The notes: generated by a model from the letters alone, not told the origin. Numbered from the stretch's first letter, positions 43,094 through 56,730 are shown. The stretch: DNA of 64,000 nucleotides from Chrysomallon squamiferum (GCA_012295275.1 CM022665.1:43958001-44022000), one strand, 5' to 3'. Made by a program: numbers and translations.

Positions 43094-43498
43094 TGTTTCT
43101 AAACCCCTGTTTCCGATCTACAACGCTTCAAAACATCAAACGAAATATTTTTATTTTTATTTTTATTTATTTAAATGTTTGTTTGTTTTTTTAACGTTCA
43201 CCTTTCTGTAGCTGTCGTTGTAATATCGGGTTCATTTAGCGACGTCGTTCAATGCAGCGATGCTAATAACACCGCCACACATTACTGTATTAACAGACGT
43301 CGGCTGTCGTTTCGCGGGTTACACTTATCGATCAGAAGAAACCAGAGATATTTTCCATACACACCTTTTAACACAGACAGTGTAGAACTTCATTTTTTTT
43401 TTTTTAAAAAACAACAAAAACGTCTCAGTATGGTTTTATATTGACTCTTCTCAGGTAGACGATTACTTTTATTTTTATGGGGTAACACACAGGTTAAA

Positions 43499-43546
43499 GG
43501 TTACTGGTTACTGGTTACTGGTTACTGGTTACTGGTTGCTGGTTAC
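43499..43546. repeat. Heptanucleotide repeat (GGTTACT)x~7
   Basis: Direct reading; one GGTTGCT variant; ~160 bp upstream of the exon 2 acceptor. Confidence 0.95.
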
Positions 43547-43705
43547 AGCGGGACTAGTTGTTTCAGATTAGCAGCGTTAGGGGGTCTTTTTTGTATAATG
43601 CTTTTCTCCGTACAATGAGGAATGTCTGGTTTCTCTGTCTGGTTTGATAAGGTGCAGGTTACTTAATATATAATTAAACGTTGTTGTCTTTTTATTTTTT
43701 TTCAG

Positions 43706-44409
43706 ATGGAAAGTCAATGGAGGAGTCTCAAAACAATGTCGTCGTCGACGAGGTGGACGCCAGGGGCACGAAGCGAAAGCTGGAGCTGAACGACGACTCC
43801 TCAAACCACGCCGCGGACCACGCCGCGGACCACGTGCCTTGCAAGCGAGTGTCTCCGTTCCTGAACACGCCGAAGCAGAGGAAGGAGGAGAGGCGGCGCG
43901 TGCTGAAGCTGTCCATCCAGAAGCTGAAGCAGATGGAGGACCCCGAGCACTTCCTCCGTCGCTCCGTCCTCATCAACAACACCGTGAAGAAGATGCAGGA
44001 GGAGCTGAGGGAGGAGAAGCGGACGTGCTACGTGCCCAGCGAAAGCCGCAACTACTCCCTCTACAAGCGCAGGCCGAGCTTCGACTACGACCTCTTCGGC
44101 AGCGGCTACCTCTACTCGTCCAACAACCCCCAGACGTCGTCGTCATCATCGTCATCATCGTCATCGTCTTCGTCATCTTCCTGCTCATCGTCCGTGTTCG
44201 ACGATCCGGACACGGCGGACGAGAACGACAGAATAACGGACGATATGACGGACACTCTGGTGCACAGTCTGGAGAGCAACTTCGCGTGCGACGCCTCGCC
44301 CCTGACCCCCGGGCCGCTCGAGACGTTCTCGAGCGAGAGTCAGAAGCAGATTTACTCCGACATGGACGCGGTCTTCAACAACTTGATACGTGCCCTCGGC
44401 GAGACGTAA
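43706..44409 (+). CDS. SERTAD4: Coding exon 2 (terminal) of the SERTAD4-like gene; contains the SERTA domain (~43882-44013); spliced protein 298 aa
   Basis: Polypyrimidine tract and TTTCAG| acceptor at 43704-43705. Strong GC3 codon bias. EERRRVLKLSIQKLKQMEDPEHFLRRSVLINNTVKKMQEEL contains the LRRSVLINN SERTA signature. Also KRKL basic/RxL motif, poly-Ser and an acidic C-terminus ending DMDAVFNNLIRALGET. TAA at 44407-44409. Family assignment is firm; paralogue assignment is less so. Confidence 0.93.
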
Positions 44410-44957
44410 TGCTTGCTGACTGAGTGTGTTGCTGCTGCTGCTGTTGTTGTTGTTGTTCCTGTTGTTGTTCCTGTTCCTCCTGCTGCTGTTGTTGTTTTGT
44501 TCTTTTATCAACATTACACATTCTTCGAGAGAGAAAGAAACAAAGAAAGAAAAAAGAGAGAGAGAGATAACTACTTCAACATGGATGAAAGATAATGGCG
44601 TGACGATCATTGCTCAAAATTCCAAAATGGAGAGATTTGTTCTCATTGAGACCATTTTTCATTGAATATCATTACTTTTTTTTAATTATTTCTCTTTCTT
44701 TCTGTGTGAACTGGAAGGTTTATTATTCCTTGTCGGTTATAAACTTGGCCGAGCGGAAAGACGGACGGATAGATGGATGGATGGATGGATTCGTTGATAA
44801 AGTGTTGGATTCGTTACGTTCAGGAAAAGTCTTCTTAATCGTCATTCACTGGCACACAGTTGCTCAAAATGTTGAACGAAAACTTCTTCGACCGTGGCCT
44901 TTTAAAAAACGCTAACAGTGCAAATATTATGTGAATGTCGGTAACCTAAAAGCTAGG

Positions 44958-44993
<36 letters not shown>

Positions 44994-46059
44994 ATGGCAG
45001 TAATAACTGGAATGAGCTTTTGTGGAAAGGAAACTTAAGTAAATCCTGCAATCATTTTTTACCGGCACACATCACGGTGAACTTCGATGATGGTTGGTAA
45101 AATCTTCATCATTTGTTATTGATGAAGTGTTTTTTATTAAAAAACAACAACAAAAAAAAAAAACAAAAAACACTGAAGGATTTACTTATTAACGAAAAGA
45201 TTGAATATAAGTTACGTTTTTTTTTTTATAAACAAAGTGTTGGATATTATGATGTGATAGTTTTGGAAAGAAATCGAAAACACACACATAACAAACAAAA
45301 AAAGTAAAAAAAAGCTAAAAAAACAAAACAAACTACGAAACATTTTGAGCCATGTGTTATTTTAATGTCACCAGTCATCATAAAACGAGGCCAATATCGA
45401 AGTATGACATTTCCCCCCCACCCTCCCACTTCCCTTCCTTTTATCTTCCTTTTCTCTCTGTTGTTTATTACGACATTTTTGTATGTTATATTATTTAATA
45501 ATTTATATTTGCAAATAAATTATAACAGCTATTGGCCATGTATTTATGACAGTCATTGCAATAAGTACGTTTGTGCATGCGAAAATATGCACTTACTCTA
45601 ATAATACGTGTTTCTGTGATCGCAAAATCTTGTCTCTGTTGCCTCTTTTCCTTAATTAATTAATTTATTTATTTAATTTATTTATTTAATTTATTATTAT
45701 TATTTAATTTACTTCTTCTGACAAAGTTAAACTGGCAGTTAAACAAATTGGAAAGGCTACGTACGTGTAGGACACTGTGTACAGTCAAATGTCCGCGAAA
45801 GATAACACCATTAGCAGCAGTACATAAAGCGTTTCTGGATTTCTATTATGAATATTTAATATTAACGTTATTCAAAACCGAACTGTTAGAGTTGTGAAAA
45901 TCGAGACGAGCGACTCGTCAGTTGAAATAAGTCAACAGTCTTAAAAGTCATTCACACTTTGTTGACGCGGGATTGTGAAAATTAATTGTAAAGCATCGCT
46001 CGGTTTTTTCAGTTTTTTGTTTTAATTTTTCTGTAACTAAGGAAGATGACGTAACAAGA

Positions 46060-46200
46060 CAAACGCCTCGCGTGCTTAGGATCGATCCCCTAAAACTGGT
46101 GTATGAAAGATTGTGGTACGTGTTGCCCTGTTCGTTAGAAAGTTCAGATGAAAGATGTGTTGCAGGTGATGTAAAAACAATACCACGGTCTTTGATATGC
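46060..46200 (+). mobile_element. Decayed SINE copy inside the probable 3' UTR
   Basis: B-box-like TAGGATCGATCCCC followed by AACTGGTGTATGAAAGATTGTGGTACGTGTTGCCCTGT; same family as 7560-7725. Confidence 0.55.
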
Positions 46201-46983
46201 TGGATGGGACACTATATCAAAATTGTGTACAGTGGGATTTGTCCTGGCACCACACCCAGGGGCGAGAGCTGTGCCACTAGGGTAAAGGACCTTCCTGAAT
46301 AACTGAATAATATCTAATCTTTATCTAAATAATAATTAGTATTTTTTTTAAATTAAGGATATCACAAATGCCTTTTTTTTTGTTCCATTTCTCGACATTT
46401 TCTTCTTAATTATTTTAGATCAGCTTATATTATTCTTTTAATTTTAATTTTTATTTAATTTCATTTTTTTTTTTGTTATTTTGTTATTTATTTATTTTGT
46501 TTTTTGTTATTTTTATTTATTTATTCATTTTTTTTTTTTTTTTTTTTTTGTTTGAAATTTAATAATTAAAATACTTATTTTTACAAGAAACTGTCTTTGA
46601 AAGAAAATTGTCCAATTTTTGTATATGTATTTTTTTTTTTCGTGAAAATTAAAAAAAAATTAAATAATAATTTATATTAGGCATAATAGGAAACTTAAGC
46701 TAAAAAAGGACCAAAAGGGGAACATTTTTTTTTTTAAAATGGTCGATATTTTTATAACTTCAAACTGTTGTATCATGTGCAAAATATAATGCAATATACC
46801 ATTTTAAAATTCAGACCATAATATATATATATATATATCTATTTATATATAACGGTTCACACAATCAGATTTTGTATACTCGTGTTTTTTGGTACGATTA
46901 TTAACTTTTCACAAATCCATCCATACTGTCCATCCATTATTCTACGATCCATGACAAAATACTTTGTTGTAAAACTAATTACA

Positions 46984-46989
46984 AATAAA
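46984..46989 (+). terminator. Candidate polyadenylation signal AATAAA
   Basis: Canonical hexamer preceded by TGTA and followed by a short GT-rich stretch. AATAAA is common in this DNA, so this is weak alone. Confidence 0.3.
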
Positions 46990-48046
46990 AATCCCACTAT
47001 GTGTTACTGCTAATGGAAGGAAAATGTATGTAAATCTTGCTGACATTTAATTTTAAGGCCATGACCGAGGTAATGTTAAATCGTTAAATTTTCACGTACG
47101 TAGAACCAAATGTCACCTGATTTATTTCACTGTCAGTATTGAAAACAAAGCCATATCGTATACTTTTATAAATGATATTTTTATTTTTCTCTTGATAATA
47201 TTGTATACATATACATACATATATATATATATATATATATGTATGCATATATGTTTGTATGTATGTGTATATAATTGAATATATATATATATATATATAT
47301 TCAATCAGTATATACATATACACACACACACACACACATATATACATATACATACAAACAGCGTACATGTTACTTACGTACATACTAACCTTCACTGATA
47401 CATAAAACACACCCACAAATGTAAGCATCGATATATAATGTACATACAGACAGACAGACAGTCGAGAATTAACATACTCTTGTAATCATAAGTACACATG
47501 CATGCTAACACAGATAAAAACTATTTGTATATCATATTAAAAAAAAAAAAAAGTCATGACTTTCTATGTACATGTATTTAATCTACGCTTCTTCAGATTG
47601 ATATTTAATATTTTATAAATATATATATATATTTTTTAAAATAATGTTGGTCCTACATTGTAATGAACTGTTTTTCATTTGACCGATGCTGTGTAGAATG
47701 GAAAAAAAAACATTATTAACATGATTTTATCTTTAATTTTAATTTTTGTTTTTTTTTTTTTTTTTTTTTTTTTTTAGTATCGGAAAATTTTTAAAATTTG
47801 TAATTTGATACTCTTTTATCATTTTAGTATGATAAAATAAACACAAAAACCCCCAACAAATCTACATGCTTAAGAAAATTATGTTTGATGTGATAATCGA
47901 TTTGCCATTCATTCTGTTGGGTTTCAAGCTATAACATTTATACAGATATAAATCTGGAGTCCATTTCTCTTGCAATATGCCAGTATTTTTGATCAATAGT
48001 CTTTGGTGCTCTAGTAATTTTTCATTCACGGTTTAGGTTTTATGGT

Positions 48047-48077
<31 letters not shown>

Positions 48078-48186
48078 ATTTTATTTTATTTTATTTTCAG
48101 TGTGAAACATCTTTAGCCTTGAATTCAAATAATGAAAAGTGTTGTAGGCAAGAATGGCATAATTAAATTCACAGAATTGTTAGTTT

Positions 48187-48371
48187 AATTACGAATGACG
48201 TAATGAAGTATTTTGGAAGGTCAGCTGAAATGTAGCAATAACGAATGACGCAGAAAGGTGTTCTGTAAGGTCAAATGAAATGTAATAATTACGAATGACG
48301 TAATGAAATGTTTTGTAAGGTCAGCTGAAACGGAATAATACTGAATGACATAATGAAATGTTTCGAAAGGT
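48187..48371. repeat. 50 bp minisatellite, ~3.7 copies
   Basis: Units start at 48187, 48237, 48287 and 48337; consensus AATTACGAATGACGTAATGAAATGTTTTGTAAGGTCAGCTGAAATGTAAT. Confidence 0.9.
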
Positions 48372-49009
48372 GCATATTTAAAATTCTTCCTCGAATTCAA
48401 ATATTTAAATATAGTAATAACCACGATATTGACGTGACAATTAGATGTCATTTGTGAACTGCCTTCTTTTAACAATATGCCTTATGTAATTCTAAATTCT
48501 CGATTTTTACCTGTTTTAATCAGAAACAATTTTAACTGTACTTTACCGGATTTATGTTTTATTCCCAGAGGCTTAATTCTAACGGGGAAGCCTTGCAAAA
48601 CTGTCTCTGATTATGTGGGATAAGTAGAAAGAATGACATCAAAAACACTTTCCTCATTTCTGAACAACAACTAAAGACAAGCGTGCAAGAAGTACTTTTG
48701 TCACACAATTAGACATTTCTGATAGATCGAGCTTCACGTTTTCCTTCAGTATTTTGTACAAGAGGAGTGTGGCATTATATAGGACTTGACAACGCCTGCT
48801 TGGTAACGCATTGCATCAATCAGTGCCAACAACATCGTTGATGTTGTTCCTTATGGCAACTCACTTTTTATTAAAGAAAAAATAAAATAAAAATAAAAAA
48901 TGTTATGTAAGTATCTGTTATTACACGCTGGTCTTCAGTTTGAAAAAGAAGCCGGTCTCTCCTTTCTTTGATAATAATTACAACCTGTCTATTCCTTCCA
49001 AAATATTGT

Positions 49010-49395
49010 ATTCATAGGTACAACTGGCAGAGTTATAATCATATAATTAGTATCATAAAGATACAACTGGTACCATCAAAAACGATGCATCTGGTGTCTT
49101 CATAATTTCATAATGATACAATAGCTGTTACGGTAATAATAAAATTAATATATTTATGATTTTATAGGTATTATCGAAATAATACAATCTGTACCATGAT
49201 ACAATTAGTGCAGTTCATTTCATCATAATGGTACATTTAATTCTACTATCATGATACACTTTTGTACCATCATAATAATACAATTAGTGCCATCATGGTT
49301 CAATTCATTTCATCATCATCTTACAGTTAGTATCATCATGATACTATTCGATTCATCGTGATGCAGTTAGTACCACTCTGACATATTGTATCATT
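49010..49395. repeat. Highly degenerate ~20-22 bp minisatellite (CATCATGATACAATTAGTAC-like)
   Basis: Recurrent ATGATACA / TACAAYTRGT / CATCAT words at short spacing. Confidence 0.6.
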
Positions 49396-49526
49396 TATCA
49401 CGTGTTAAATTGCACTTGAATAAATCATGGAATATGATCGACATAAATCGGCCAAATTTTTCAAGGGAACATTATTTTACGAAAAGTTTTTTTCTGGTTT
49501 CATTTCTACAGTAAAATAATATACCT

Positions 49527-49563
<37 letters not shown>

Positions 49564-49710
49564 TTCTCAGTTATTTATTTTTAAACAGAATGAGTTTTAA
49601 AATCAACAAAGATATTTTTATTGCATTTGTTAGTTTTAATAATGTATATATGACTGAAAAATGTGGTTGGGTGAAATGGCAATGTTGAATAATTTGTTTC
49701 TCATTTTACA

Positions 49711-49743
<33 letters not shown>

Positions 49744-49807
49744 TAATGGATTGGTTTGTAATCATTTTAAACTGTAAGTTAAAACACAACCAAAATCGTT
49801 TTAAAAT

Positions 49808-49838
<31 letters not shown>

Positions 49839-51087
49839 TTAAAATTAAAAGATACTTTCATCCATATCCCCATTTGAATCGGTTGTGGAAAAATATCGAA
49901 ACTCAACATTCTCTGTTTCCAATTGGCCAATATATTAATCAAATATCTTGGGACTATTTTTTTGTTTGTTTGTTTTTTTTAAAATATTTTTTTGTTTGTT
50001 TTTGTACAAACATGTTTTATACTTGCGCTATTGGCGGAAGAAGCCAAATATTGCAAAGAAATCAAATATTTATTGATGACATGAGAAGAATTATAATAAA
50101 AATATTATTCTTATGATGAACTAGACTTTGTTGTTATTTCAAAATATCCCGTCTTTGTCTGTCTCTGTTTGTATTTGTTTAATTTTATTTACTCATGTGT
50201 CTGTGTGTGTGTGTGTGTGTGTGAGTATGAATGAATGAGCGAATATGTCCGTATGTGTAAAAATTACGAATAGTTGTTTCTTTTATACATTTATCGAGTA
50301 ATTTCCAGTTCCAGTTAGTCCTCTCGATTTGGTATAACTTACAGAGAGTCTAAAACGTATTTTACTATGGGGAAACTGAAAGTGTGTGTACAAATTAATA
50401 GGTCTTGATGTTTATACTTGGTCACCCAGTGAGCAGACACAGTGAGTTTCCTTTGTTGTCTTTGTTGTATACATAAACCAAAACACGTCTGATAGCTTGC
50501 ATTAGTTACCACTACAATCTGCTCTTGCTAAACATAATATTGATTCACGTCTCTCTCTGTGTTTTGTTTTTTTGTTTATTACTGTTATCAATGCTTGTAG
50601 ATTCTTTCATTTAAATAAATAAATAAATAAATAAAATAATAGTAATAAAATAAATTTTAAAAATACCAAACAAACACAGAATCATTAAATTTATTGATTT
50701 TAAAAGCAAACATTTTCATACGGTTTTATTTATTTATTTATTTATTTATTATTATTTTTTTAATATTTGGATATATGTCATTGTATTATAGATTTCTCGT
50801 CATTTTTTTTTTTTTTTTTTTTTTTTTTTGGTTTTATCTTTGCACCTGACTTAAAATATAAATTACCATATTTTATTAGATCTGCTAAACAAAATCAATA
50901 AAATGTCTGTATACCACGCGTTTTATAACACATCAAACGTAACATCACAATGAAAATTAATTGTGTTCAGTTCTTCGGGGAGTTTGTACCTGTTCACATC
51001 ACACTATTTTGTTTAATTAATTTTGTTTTTGTTTTTTTTAAAAACCATGTCAATGCAACCACCGTTCTGCTGCGATAGATTCTTAAT

Positions 51088-51140
51088 CACCGTGATGTGT
51101 GTTTTCCAACCTCTGGGAAGGTGCACATAAAATATCTCAC
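51088..51140 (+). mobile_element. SINE core fragment
   Basis: CCGTGATGTGTGTTTTCCAACCTCTGGGAAGGTGCACATAAAATATCTC aligns by eye with the family core. Confidence 0.4.
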
Positions 51141-51300
51141 ACGGCTAATTGTAGATTTATGCAGTAGATTCTTTTTTTTTTCATGTGATTTAAACACTTT
51201 TAGCTATTGATAATAAGCTGTCTTCGTCGATAGGTGTTCATTTTATTTATTCGATCATTCATTTATTTATTTATTTATTGCGTGTGTGTGTGTGTGTGTG

Positions 51301-51411
<111 letters not shown>

Positions 51412-53195
51412 AAAATAATCAGCGACATACAGGCAGATTTAGAACAAACAAAAAAATGAAATAAGAAATGAAAATTAAAAACAACAAAACAAAACAAATT
51501 AAATCAAGGAAAGGCATAAAAGCCAAACAAAAAAAGACACCCACACGTACCAGCTTTCTATAAATAAATCTCTACAGTGTCAGTCTGTCTCTGAACCCGT
51601 CGCTGTTTTAATTACAAAACTCATTCGTACGTCGTGTCGCGTGGAACATAATTACACTGTCGTAAATACGACCCAACCTTGCAGTCCCTACCCGCCCCCG
51701 CCACAATTAACTCCAGTCGTGTTATTTACCAGAACGTTATTATTGCTTTATGAAAAATATACTAACGCATGAGTCCATACACTTTTCTTCCCCATTCACA
51801 GATACGATAGGGCTATTCACAACCACAAACAAAACAAACAAAACAAAACAAAACAAAACAAACCCACACGGCCAACTTCAGAAAGGTTTATAACAATGCG
51901 GGGTTGCCCTGATTTGAAATCGGGTCGTCGTATACCATAGTACTAAAGAGCGAGTTTTTTCGAGCCACTGCAATACATGAAAAGTCTATTTACTGCGTAA
52001 ACATTACAAAAAAAGAAGAAGAAAAAAAAGAAGGATACTCTTGGTTTTATTTATTTACCTTTTGTTGCTGGTGGCTTTAAAAGATTCATGCTTTTTTAAA
52101 CGACTCCTTGTGATTTTTTTTGGTTACTAGACCCCAGTGGATTTGTTCTGGTGTTTTTTTTTTTTTTTTTTTTTTATTATTGTTGTCTGTTCATCCGTGT
52201 ATCTGTGAATGAGTCTGTTAGACAGGGATATTAAAGCAGGTGTAAACATGTGTCGTAGACATATACCTGTAAGTAATAATAATGCACAGATAAAAAAAAA
52301 AAAAAAAAATGTTAAAAGCATTTTATGTAGGAGTACTTACATACAAGTATAAAATTATTAAACGCTTGATTGAATCTAGGTCGATCTTGGTTCAGTCTCT
52401 TCTCTACTGTTATAGATTAGTAGCTGAAGCTGTAGTAGTATTGATGTTACTAACAGTAGTAGTAGAAGAAGGCGCAGTAGTAGCAGTAGTAGTAAAAGTA
52501 GTAGTAGCTGCCGAAGTAGTAGTAGCTGTAGGTACAGTAGTAATGACAGTAATAATAGAGCAGTAATAGAAGTAGTAGCAGACGTAGTAGTAGTAGTAAT
52601 AATGGCGGTAGTAGGAGTGGTAGTGGTAGTAATAGCAGCAGCAGTAGCAGTAATAATAGTCAGTGTGAAAGTAGTGTTAACTGTGACACTGGTCGTTGTA
52701 GTAGTAGTAGTAGTAGTAGTAGTATCAGTTATCGTCGTTATCGTCGTCGTATTCTTAGTAATGGAGTTGAAGATCGCGATCTTTCGATATATTTAAAATA
52801 AAATTATAATTTAAAAAATTAAAAATTACATAAAATAAATAAAACGTTATCAGAGATATTTATTTGGGATAGAGAGTGTATACAACACAGAGACTGGGAG
52901 ACATTTTAAAACGTGACTTCACTTTTATCCAGTCTTGTTATCTAACTGTCGTTTGAGCTGTGTACTTTTCGTTACGCGGTCAAATAGTGGCTACTCTATG
53001 CATTTTACCCAGTCAGTGGCTTCTGTTACTGAGCAAAGGCCTAACTAAGAGGTTGCGTTCATCTGTTACCAGCTGTCAGTGAAATTAACATCAGGTGGGT
53101 TTCCAATTTACACAGGTATCCTAGCGAAACACCAGACACAGATATGTGAAGAGTATTTCACTTTAGACTGGATGTTTAATGTTAGTAGTATGATC

Positions 53196-53322
<127 letters not shown>

Positions 53323-55055
53323 AATTTTTTCTTTCATTGTTTATTATGATTACTATTATTACTGTTGTTGTAGTTGTTGTTCATGTTGTTGTTGTTATAA
53401 GTGGTGGTGGTGATACTGCTCTTCTTCTTCTTCTTCTTCTTCTTCTTATTATTATTATTGTTATTATTATTATTATTATTATCATTAATATTATTATTAT
53501 TATATTATTATTATTATTATTAGCTTTATTGTAGTTTTTGTTCCTATTTTTATTATTACTGGCTGTGGTCGTTTTGCTGCGGGTGATGCTGCTACTGCTG
53601 CTGTTGTTGTTGTTCTTATTATTATTATCATCATCATCATCAATATTAATGTTGTCACTATTTTGATATATAAATATAATATTATTATTACTACTGTTAT
53701 TATTATCATCATCATCATCAATATTATTGCTGTTGTTATTATATTGTTATAATAATTATCACTATTATTATTAATATCATTTATCGTTATCAACATCATT
53801 AACATCATCATCATTTTTTTTTTGTTATAGTGTTGTTGTTATTGTTATATTTTGTTGTTATTATTATTGTTATTATTATTATTATTATTATTATCATCAT
53901 CATTATCGTTATCATTATTATTATTATTACATCACCACTATCAAAAATCATCATTTTCTATCCTTATCTTCTTTTTTTTTTTTTTTTTTTTTTTTCCCCT
54001 GCTTCTCTGTGCTGTGTTAGACTGATTCGTCCACACCAAAACCTGAGAAAATCCAGAAACGTGTTTTGTGTTTTCTGTTTATCACGGTTGATGGGCGTAA
54101 CAACTTACGCAGTCACGTACGTTACCTTCACTTCATAAACAACTCGAGAAACCATTAACACACTGACCACACTAGTTCCACTGCGAGTGGTAGGACGACG
54201 GTGTGTACTACCCCGCTACCACCACTTCGACGACGACTACAACAACAACAACGACAACTACTGCTGCAATAAGGTCTAATACCATTATCACTGTTAGTAG
54301 TAAGTAATACGACTGTATCAACTACGTTACTATAACGAGAAACAGCAATGCACGTTTGTGACAACACTACACCGACAGTTATTACTACCTACCTCCACAA
54401 CTACGACAGCAACTGCTACTAATGTAATTGTTAATAACAGTGTTTATTAAAAAGACGATAGCTATTTCTAGGGCAGCTACTACTACTGCTACTACTGTTG
54501 CTACAACAACAACTTCTACAACCAGTAAAAATAATCGCTACAAGTACATACTATAGCAACTACTAACACAGCAACAACTACTATGTATTGTTATTGTCTG
54601 CTGTTATTATTATATGTATAACTACTTCTACTACCTCTGCTGCTACACCTACTACCACCACCACCACCTCTGCTACTACTACTGCAACTACCACTACCAC
54701 TAGTACTGCTATTACTACTACTACTACTACTACTAATAATAATAATAATAAATAATAACATCAACAACAATAAAAAAAATAATAATCACACAAGAATTAC
54801 AACTGCTACAGTAACAACAACTACAGCAACAACTACAGCAAGGACTGCACTGTGATATAATTTAGCTATTCTATTCCAACAAGTTCTGCTTCAACTTGAA
54901 CTACGTATACAGTTACAGTATATAATATATATTTTGTGTGTGGTTTTTTAAATTTCTCTATTAACAAGTTTCCAGTCAACAGCTGCTGTTTCACTTTCGT
55001 GCAATATACACACAGCATGTTTTATATGTAATCTGGTAATGATAAAAGTGCTAGC

Positions 55056-55160
<105 letters not shown>

Positions 55161-55199
55161 GTCAGATAGATAATTAGAGAGAGAGACAGAGACAGACAA

Positions 55200-55291
<92 letters not shown>

Positions 55292-55552
55292 AGAAGAAGA
55301 AGAGAATTAATGTACACCAATAAGTGAAAAGAAAGTGACATAAAGAGACAAAGAAAAAGAGAGAGAAATAAAAAAATAAATAAAAAAAAAATAAAAAGAC
55401 AAAGAATCAAAATGTAGAGTCAGAGACAAAGACAATTCGGGAAGAAAGAAAGAGTTAGACTGAGGAGATTTAAAATAACAACGAGAAAAAAAAAAAAAAA
55501 AAAAAAAAAACACACACACCAAAAAAGAAACAAACGAAAAAGCTGGGAACAT

Positions 55553-55587
<35 letters not shown>

Positions 55588-55868
55588 TGAGAGAGAGAGA
55601 GAGAGACAGACAGACAGATGCAGACACATGTTGGTCGTTTTTCTTTAAAGACTGAAACCACATGCAACAACTGTTCCCTTCCCTAAGCAGGCAGGTCTTT
55701 TGAGCGCATCAAATTTCAGAGGAAATCTACGCGCCTGGAACCAGTGTATGTAAACATTTGTAATCGACAACACATTTGCTAAGATCTCGCACCGGCTTTT
55801 AGGCAAAGGGTGAGCAAAATAGCTCTGTTGACAGCTTATGGCATATGCATGGAGCAATACATTCAGAT

Positions 55869-55906
<38 letters not shown>

Positions 55907-56593
55907 TTTGTGAAAATTTCCGTGGCGAATCCAGAATTTAAATTTTTTGTGTTGTATCTTTACTTTTTGTTGCTGCAACAAGGTGAAGAAAATAAAATTG
56001 TTGGTTTGTTGGTTATGCTTTTGTTGTTGTTGTTGTTGTTACTATTATTATTTTACCTCTGTTTTTTTATCACCAAAACATATGAATATATACATACATA
56101 CATACAAAAGATAGAAACAACGGTATCGAATTAATAGCAAATTATAATAAACAAACAAACAAAACAAAACAAACAGACAGACAGTAAAATCTGTCTTTTA
56201 TTGTTATTTGTAAAAGAAAATATTTTAATTTTTTTTTTTTTTAATAATAATAAGAAGAAGAAGAAGAAGAAGACAAAGAAGAAGAAGAAGAAGAAGACAA
56301 AGAAGAAGAAGAAGAAGAAGAAGAAGAAAAACGACTTCATAACATTTTCTGCAGTATAAATACTTTAACCACAAAACAGAAAATAACTACGAAATTAGCC
56401 CTTACCAAGCAATACTTGGTTTGTACAATGAACTACGCAAAGCGATCAACTTGCAAAGGAAAACATTATCATAATTGTAGCTAATAGAGTGCAGATTATA
56501 ACTAGCCCGCTGTTAACGGAAAGAAAACACATGTACAGCATATTTCAGATAAAAATAGTAAACTCAGTCGAGAAATGATAAGCTGCATCTTGC

Positions 56594-56668
56594 AGCCTAG
56601 GTGGCCCAGCGGTTAGGACGTTGTACTGAAGACTGTCGAGTTCTTGGATCGAAACTCGGATACGGGTT
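56594..56668 (+). mobile_element. tRNA-like SINE head (not an intact tRNA)
   Basis: A-box-like TGGCCCAGCGG and B-box-like GGATCGAAACTC at tRNA spacing; acceptor and anticodon stems do not pair properly. Confidence 0.55.
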
Positions 56669-56690
56669 AAATAGTTTGCATATAAATAAA

Positions 56691-56730
<40 letters not shown>

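Larger units (their letters stand above)
44410..47010 (+). other. Probable 3' UTR of the SERTAD gene
   Basis: Follows the stop codon. U-rich with ATTTA clusters (~45660-45710) and TGCAATA words (miR-92-family seed match) near 45558 and 46790. AATAAA at 45514-45519 and 46984-46989. The 3' end is a guess. Confidence 0.45.

Noticed and set aside
43681-43705. ORF-track start (MLSFYFFS) of the 242-aa ORF
   Set aside because: Begins at TTG within the polypyrimidine tract; the real exon starts after the AG at 43705.
43706-44409. Horizontal transfer or contamination suggested by the GC spike
   Set aside because: SERTA is an animal domain, and the exon is joined by a canonical in-phase intron to an upstream exon.
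43839-44423. 194-aa overlapping alternative-frame ORF and antisense ORFs over exon 2
   Set aside because: Stop-poor shadow frames are expected from the high GC3 of the true CDS; the 194-aa ORF starts at TTG and none has a recognisable domain.
48147-48165. AGGCAAGAATGGCATA resembling miR-31
   Set aside because: Several mismatches to the mature sequence as I recall it, and no complementary arm to form a precursor hairpin.
56594-56668. Possible tRNA gene (also B-box words at ~22017 and ~22149)
   Set aside because: No consistent cloverleaf or Pol III terminator; treated as SINE heads or fragments.
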